Virus record (IMG/VR): IMGVR_UViG_3300021079_000006
Span: 46,055 to 66,054 of that record
Source of the DNA: an uncultured virus (IMG/VR IMGVR_UViG_3300021079_000006)
Taxonomy: Duplodnaviria > Heunggongvirae > Uroviricota > Caudoviricetes
Length of the DNA: 20,000 nucleotides
Strand: one strand, 5' to 3'
Part shown: in pieces, positions 15,662-20,000 of the stretch
Layout of the letters: the number at the start of each line of letters is the position of its first letter
Numbering within the stretch: the first letter of the stretch is position 1
Position numbers and translations under genes: made by a program
Notes under the pieces: generated by a model
Database searches by the model: none
Told to the model about the DNA's origin: nothing
The model's input: the letters and a program-made list of their open reading frames with translations, nothing else

Positions 15662-15815
15662 GCCTGCGCAGCAAGTCTGTGCGTTTTGGTCTAGTCTCTT
15701 TGCTCCCGCCAGTTTCAGACACGGCGATTGCGTGAGCGTGACTGCGAGGAGCCATCGCTTGTTCCGCGCCTTTAATTGGCTTATGCGCTCGAGTGAATTG
15801 ACTTTTAGATTTCAT
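15627..15815 (-). CDS. Small basic hypothetical protein
   Basis: Likely start MKSKSQF; contains a HAIAVSE segment. Confidence 0.45.
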   Translation of the reverse strand: MKSKSQFTRAHKPIKGAEQAMAPRSHAHAIAVSETGGSKETRPKRTDLLRRHALSSRKDPTL

Positions 15816-15842
15816 GTCACAAGACAGCAACTTTAGCAGGAG

Positions 15843-16049
15843 TTAAGGCGCAGCCGAAAGAGCAGCGGCAAGCTGTTCTTGCTGTTCTTTTGGATGTTGA
15901 ATTATATCTAGAAGCGTAGACGCAAGTGCCATCCGGAAAGCAAATTGCCCAGATTGTTCAATGACATCTTTTAAGATTTCTTCGGCGGTTACTTTGGAGA
16001 GATCAATGTTTTTTATGGCCTCAAGGATAGGATCAGTTTTATCGGACAT
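15843..16049 (-). CDS. Hypothetical protein (68 aa)
   Basis: TAATG coupling with the upstream gene. Confidence 0.6.
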   Translation of the reverse strand: MSDKTDPILEAIKNIDLSKVTAEEILKDVIEQSGQFAFRMALASTLLDIIQHPKEQQEQLAAALSAAP

Positions 16050-16276
16050 TATTTTCTTCTTTTAGGGAGTCGCTTTGCGGGGTTTTTTTCTTTGCGGTCA
16101 AGAGGTTTGGAATCTGATGCGCCGGGCATTATCATCTTTTTGTTTTTTGGCATACTCTCCACAGGAGCAGCCATAGGCATGGATTTCTTTTTAGAGCCTC
16201 TCACAGCATCCAGCCCAATGTTAATTTCGGGAGATGCAAACTTTAGCGTAGCAGCAGATGATGATGGTGATTTCAT
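16049..16276 (-). CDS. Small Lys/Pro/Met-rich basic protein
   Basis: ATGA and TAATG couplings at both ends; low complexity. Confidence 0.6.
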   Translation of the reverse strand: MKSPSSSAATLKFASPEINIGLDAVRGSKKKSMPMAAPVESMPKNKKMIMPGASDSKPLDRKEKNPAKRLPKRRK

Positions 16277-16500
16277 TGGAAAATCTCTTTGTAGAACTCG
16301 TCTGCCAAATCAAACGCAAGCGGAATTCGGTCTTCGATGTCGGTGGTAAGGTCCGGGTTGTTGATCAGGGCGTGAAATATAAGAAGCGCAGCAAGCTCTC
16401 TGATCCCCACTCCGGAATTGGCTTTCTGGGGAGGATTTACGGCATCCCCGGGATATGGCGCAACTGGCATTACTGGAAAGTTTTTTGGAATGTATGACAT
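16273..16500 (-). CDS. Hypothetical phage protein (75 aa)
   Basis: GVGIRELAAL...AFDLADEF pattern of a common small phage helical family. Confidence 0.6.
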   Translation of the reverse strand: MSYIPKNFPVMPVAPYPGDAVNPPQKANSGVGIRELAALLIFHALINNPDLTTDIEDRIPLAFDLADEFYKEIFQ

Positions 16501-16503
16501 AAA

Positions 16504-17214
16504 TTAGAACGTCCTAGTCTCCCACAACTTCCGAGCGCCCGCAACATCAATGCTTGACTTCCCGATGCGGTCATTCACTGCGTTATGCAGACAAACTCCC
16601 CACGCAAAGAATTCACCAAAGTCAGCAGGGTTAAGTGCCATCCATTCTTTAAGGTGTGCCTCGCACGGGCAACCGTCAAACGGGAGAGAAGCCACCCAAG
16701 CCTCAAGCCAGTATCGCATGTCACCAAACGGGATGCATGTGGCATCAGCCCGGAGGCTATAGAGGTGCAGCTCCGCCCAGTACCGGGCTCCCTGCATAAG
16801 AATGCGGCTCTTTTGAAGTTCGCTACGCTGCTCAATCCGTTCAACCTCATTGCCGACATCAAACACCCATTTGTCGTGCGTTTCCCAGTCCGTGGACGTG
16901 GCTATTGCGGCTTCCCGCTCCAATGCCATTGCTACGACGTGCTGACGGTGATACGGGGCAGCAGGGTCGTCCCCGGGCTCCTCGAGCTTGGGGTTGTCGG
17001 TGTCAAACTTGGTCACCTGCTCATCGGTAATGCCGTCGCGTTTGCACAAAAACGCTTCGACCATCTCGTGGATTGCCACGAGCAGGACCGAAACGTCCCG
17101 GCCACCGTACTCTGGGACCTTGAGCATTAGTGCTCCATCGGCCAACCATTCCCAGTCGCCAGCCGTTGGGTAACGCATTGCGCTGGGGTCTACAGTCTTA
17201 ATTTCAATCCTCAT
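16504..17214 (-). CDS. HExxE metallohydrolase-like domain fused to an Erv1/Alr-like sulfhydryl oxidase
   Basis: N-domain RYPTAGDW...IHEMVE...PYHRQH...E; C-domain GARYWAELH, LPFDGCPCEAH, FFAWGVCLHNAVNDRIGK. Confidence 0.75.
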   Translation of the reverse strand: MRIEIKTVDPSAMRYPTAGDWEWLADGALMLKVPEYGGRDVSVLLVAIHEMVEAFLCKRDGITDEQVTKFDTDNPKLEEPGDDPAAPYHRQHVVAMALEREAAIATSTDWETHDKWVFDVGNEVERIEQRSELQKSRILMQGARYWAELHLYSLRADATCIPFGDMRYWLEAWVASLPFDGCPCEAHLKEWMALNPADFGEFFAWGVCLHNAVNDRIGKSSIDVAGARKLWETRTF

Positions 17215-18475
17215 CGAATGTTGATAGCCCGATTTCTTTCATCTTATCAATTTGCTCACGCACCTGCTCAATCGCCCCGGTCTTTCCCTCGAGGTAGTAC
17301 CCCTCGACAAGCTCGGCGTTCTCGAGCGCATGATCAAAAGCTTCTTCTAGCGTGTTTCCAAGTCCAACAACTGCGCCAATTTCCGGGAGTCCGCAGGATT
17401 GTGGAATAACAAAGTACCCACGGTCATCTTTGTAAATATTCCGCAATTTAACGTAATCTCGGATCTCTTCAGGAAACCGCAGCGGTTGCCAATTCTTGTC
17501 TGCAAAGCTGCTATGAAGCATGATCTCCGCCCCGTACTTAGCAACGGGCTCCGGGTTGATCACAACTCCGTTTGCCCCGGCCCAGATACACTCGGCCAAA
17601 TTTTTGTACTGTTCTTGGTAAAGCTCATTCGGAGGACTAGGAGCCCGAGCGCAGAAATCGATCATGTACGGCTTGTGGTCAGCCCCAATGCGGATCTCGG
17701 ACGAGAAAAAACCACGATAGCCGTAAGCCTGAAACACCGGGACCATGCGGTCGTTGAATCGGCGAAGAGGTTCCGGGATGTCAGCGTAATTCTTGAATAC
17801 TGATGCAAATCCGCAGTCTTTAACTTCAATGCCGCTAATCAGCGTCTTGGGAAATTGGCCGTCAATTGTCCAAGCATCGGTTCCAAATTCAATCTTATCG
17901 TCGAGAGCCTCTTCGACCGTGAATTCGATGATGTCTTTGAACCTACCAAGACCCCACTCAACCTCGTCGAGTTTAGGCTCCACAAGGTCGTAGGAGAGGC
18001 TGTGGAACGTTTCAAACGTCCCACGGTACTTGTCAGTCTTGACGTAGACATTGGGGTGGTCTTTAAGGAACTCTCGAAGATCCGCCATGCCCTTGACGTG
18101 AGTGTATTGACCCACAGGCATGTCTATCGCCTTGAGGATCTCTTTCATGCCCTCCCGGTTTAACTCGAGGCATTCCCCGGTCCGAGACCCCCAGACAACC
18201 TTGCCCATTTTGAGCAAGTGTTCCTGTTCCCATCCAAAATAGATGTCCGGGAAGCAGAACAGGTCAATCTCGTCAAAGTGTGGGCCGTAGATTGAATCTA
18301 CAAGCTCCAGCTCTTCAATGCCTGTGCCGATTTTGGCGAGGTTTAGCCTCGGAAAAGCAGACTCCCACGGGACGTAGTAGTACACTTTCTTGTACGTCTT
18401 CGCGAGCTTGATTGCCAACTCGCAGAACAACCCGTTATCAACAACGAGGCAAACTACGTCTTTAGGGTCTTTCAT
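17204..18475 (-). CDS. PurD(GARS)-like ATP-grasp ligase, divergent
   Basis: Pre-grasp Rossmann start, LELNREGMKEIL, VYVKT, VEEAL, GYRGFFSSEI, IDFCAR, and GARS-C-like VVGLGNTLEEAFDHA. Confidence 0.75.
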   Translation of the reverse strand: MKDPKDVVCLVVDNGLFCELAIKLAKTYKKVYYYVPWESAFPRLNLAKIGTGIEELELVDSIYGPHFDEIDLFCFPDIYFGWEQEHLLKMGKVVWGSRTGECLELNREGMKEILKAIDMPVGQYTHVKGMADLREFLKDHPNVYVKTDKYRGTFETFHSLSYDLVEPKLDEVEWGLGRFKDIIEFTVEEALDDKIEFGTDAWTIDGQFPKTLISGIEVKDCGFASVFKNYADIPEPLRRFNDRMVPVFQAYGYRGFFSSEIRIGADHKPYMIDFCARAPSPPNELYQEQYKNLAECIWAGANGVVINPEPVAKYGAEIMLHSSFADKNWQPLRFPEEIRDYVKLRNIYKDDRGYFVIPQSCGLPEIGAVVGLGNTLEEAFDHALENAELVEGYYLEGKTGAIEQVREQIDKMKEIGLSTFDED

Positions 18476-18675
18476 TTTTTCTTTTTTACAGGCTTTTTCA
18501 TTTTTGCCAAAGTCCCCATTTTTGCTGGTTTGGCGGGGTTTGCTGTCTTTGCAGACTGCTTGAATGCCTTTGATGTTGGAGCACCCTTGGCTCCGGGCTT
18601 ACGCATCTTTTCGCCGCTACCAGCAGCAATGCGTTTCCGTTTAGCGTTTACGTTAGCGTAGAGTCCTTCTTTCAT
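18472..18675 (-). CDS. Lys-rich small phage protein (67 aa)
   Basis: GLYANVNAKRKRIAAGSGEKMRKPGAKGAPT motif recurrent in aquatic phages; 18 of 67 residues are Lys; ATGA overlaps at both ends. Confidence 0.75.
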   Translation of the reverse strand: MKEGLYANVNAKRKRIAAGSGEKMRKPGAKGAPTSKAFKQSAKTANPAKPAKMGTLAKMKKPVKKKK

Positions 18676-18728
18676 TTGCAGTTCCAACGTTTGAGTGATG
18701 CGGCCTTCCGAGTTACGTTTTTTGGCAT
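18672..18728 (-). CDS. 18-aa mini-ORF
   Basis: MPKNVTRKAASLKRWNCK*; starts 1 nt after the upstream stop, and its TGA overlaps the next ATG. Confidence 0.5.
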   Translation of the reverse strand: MPKNVTRKAASLKRWNCK

Positions 18729-18729
18729 A

Positions 18730-20000
18730 TTATTCTTCGTCTTCTCCTTCAGCTTCTTTTCGCAGTTTTTCTGCCGCTTTGATTGCTTTTTCTTTTTCCA
18801 TCAATTGCTTCAAAAGTCCTTTATTTGGTGACTTTACGCCAGTCAATTGAGCCTCATCGGCCTCGGACAAGAGTCGCACTGTTTTCCCTTTACGATCCAC
18901 TTGGAACAAACCTCCAGCTTGGATGATGTCCAAAGAAAACTTGGCGGCGTCAGCGTAGTCCGCTGGTTCTGCTCCGCTGGTGGCCGCGCCGTACTTCCCA
19001 AACAGCTCCTTCTCATTAAACCACAAGGCGGCTTGCATGTCAGCAATCGAAACATTAATCCCGGCCTGAGCGAGCCTAGCCTGAGCCTGTTCCATTGTCG
19101 TCTGTTGAAAAGCACGCTCATTACTTGCCCGGGGGGCGGCAAGCGGCGTCGTTCGATCTTGAACCCAATTCTTGGCGGCTCTTCGTAATTCGGTTTTTCC
19201 CTTGAAGCTGCCAGTTCTGAACACTTTTTCGAGGTGCTCCGCAAACTGAAGCAGTGCGCCACTATCTTCCAATAATTTGTGAAACTCTTTTTTGGAGCCT
19301 TTAGGGGCGTCCTCGCCGTAGAGGTAAGGCTCTTCGACTCCTTTTTTAATAAGCACTCGGTCGGTGTACTCTTTGCCTTTTTTGATGGCTTGATTCCGAT
19401 TGTATTCCTCAATCAACGAGTCTTGGAACCGCTCAAATTGATGCCCCTCCTTGAGAGGATCATACTTAAATGAGCGACCAAGAATTCGATTCCACGTTCG
19501 GGTATACCAAAGGTCGGCGGTGAGGGTCGAGTAGTCGCCATGAAGGTTATTAATAAACGATCCGATTTTTGGCCCAAAGACCATAAACCCGGTCACCATT
19601 TGATTTTTACCGCCCTCAACAGACAGCGGCTCCCCGTTGTAATACAGGGAAGTGTCTTGCTTCAGATTCTTGTTCCAATTTGCAACAGTGTCCGTTTTGA
19701 ACAAAAGGGTTCGGAGCTGGCTTGGGGTATGTCTTGTCAGCAACTCGTGCAATTTTAATATGTTGTTTTCAATCGCGGCAGTCTTGTCGCCAAACGTGCC
19801 ATGCAGTGCGGTGACAATCTCTGGAAGAGTTTTGCCCTGCTCCAGCATTAGAGTCACCCGAGTTGCCATCTTTCCATTCTCGAAGACGTCGTTGCCCTGA
19901 GACGCAATCCCGAGAACCGCATCGAAAACAAGGCTCTTGTCTGCGTCGTGCTGGGGAGACCCAACCTCGAGCCACGGAAAGAGTTGCGAGTACATTCCCT
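18730..20000 (-). CDS. C-terminal part of a large (probably virion-associated/polyvalent) protein with an HhH glycosylase-like domain
   Basis: Frame is open to the window edge; motifs LGIASQG, FGPKIGSFINNL, LTADLWYTR, ADMQAALW. Confidence 0.55.
   Translation of the reverse strand, partial: GMYSQLFPWLEVGSPQHDADKSLVFDAVLGIASQGNDVFENGKMATRVTLMLEQGKTLPEIVTALHGTFGDKTAAIENNILKLHELLTRHTPSQLRTLLFKTDTVANWNKNLKQDTSLYYNGEPLSVEGGKNQMVTGFMVFGPKIGSFINNLHGDYSTLTADLWYTRTWNRILGRSFKYDPLKEGHQFERFQDSLIEEYNRNQAIKKGKEYTDRVLIKKGVEEPYLYGEDAPKGSKKEFHKLLEDSGALLQFAEHLEKVFRTGSFKGKTELRRAAKNWVQDRTTPLAAPRASNERAFQQTTMEQAQARLAQAGINVSIADMQAALWFNEKELFGKYGAATSGAEPADYADAAKFSLDIIQAGGLFQVDRKGKTVRLLSEADEAQLTGVKSPNKGLLKQLMEKEKAIKAAEKLRKEAEGEDEE

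Noticed and set aside
17204..18475. Bona fide purD auxiliary metabolic gene
   Set aside because: Lacks PurD's GSGGREHA, NTGGMG and EFNxRFGDP motifs, so no gene symbol was assigned.
1..20000. Stop-codon reassignment, tRNAs, integrase, reverse transcriptase/DGR
   Set aside because: Genes tile densely under the standard code with all three stops used, and no tRNA arms, integrase motifs or RT motifs were seen.

Overview
This window is a 20-kb fragment of a tailed dsDNA bacteriophage (Caudoviricetes-like). Essentially every real gene is on the minus strand, and the plus-strand ORFs in the track are shadows. In transcription order (right to left): (i) the C-terminal part of a large protein with a helix-hairpin-helix glycosylase-like domain; (ii) a tightly coupled operon of Lys-rich mini-proteins, a PurD-like ATP-grasp ligase and an HExxE metallohydrolase-like/Erv1-Alr sulfhydryl-oxidase fusion; (iii) an early promoter, a small gene and a type II hammerhead ribozyme heading the recombination/replication module (apparently circularly permuted Cas4/AddB-like exonuclease, Sak4-like ATPase, SSB, RusA, DUF1376 initiator with an internal iteron origin, DnaC/IstB-like loader); (iv) terminator+promoter cassettes driving small accessory genes; (v) the packaging module (terS, a PD-(D/E)XK nuclease, and terL, which runs off the left edge and is absent from the ORF track). 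No integrase, repressor, tRNA or CRISPR array was seen. Top observations are the hammerhead ribozyme, the permuted exonuclease, the ATP-grasp/peptidase-Erv1 operon and the apparent complete absence of CCWGG. All family calls come from motif recognition by eye, not database searches.
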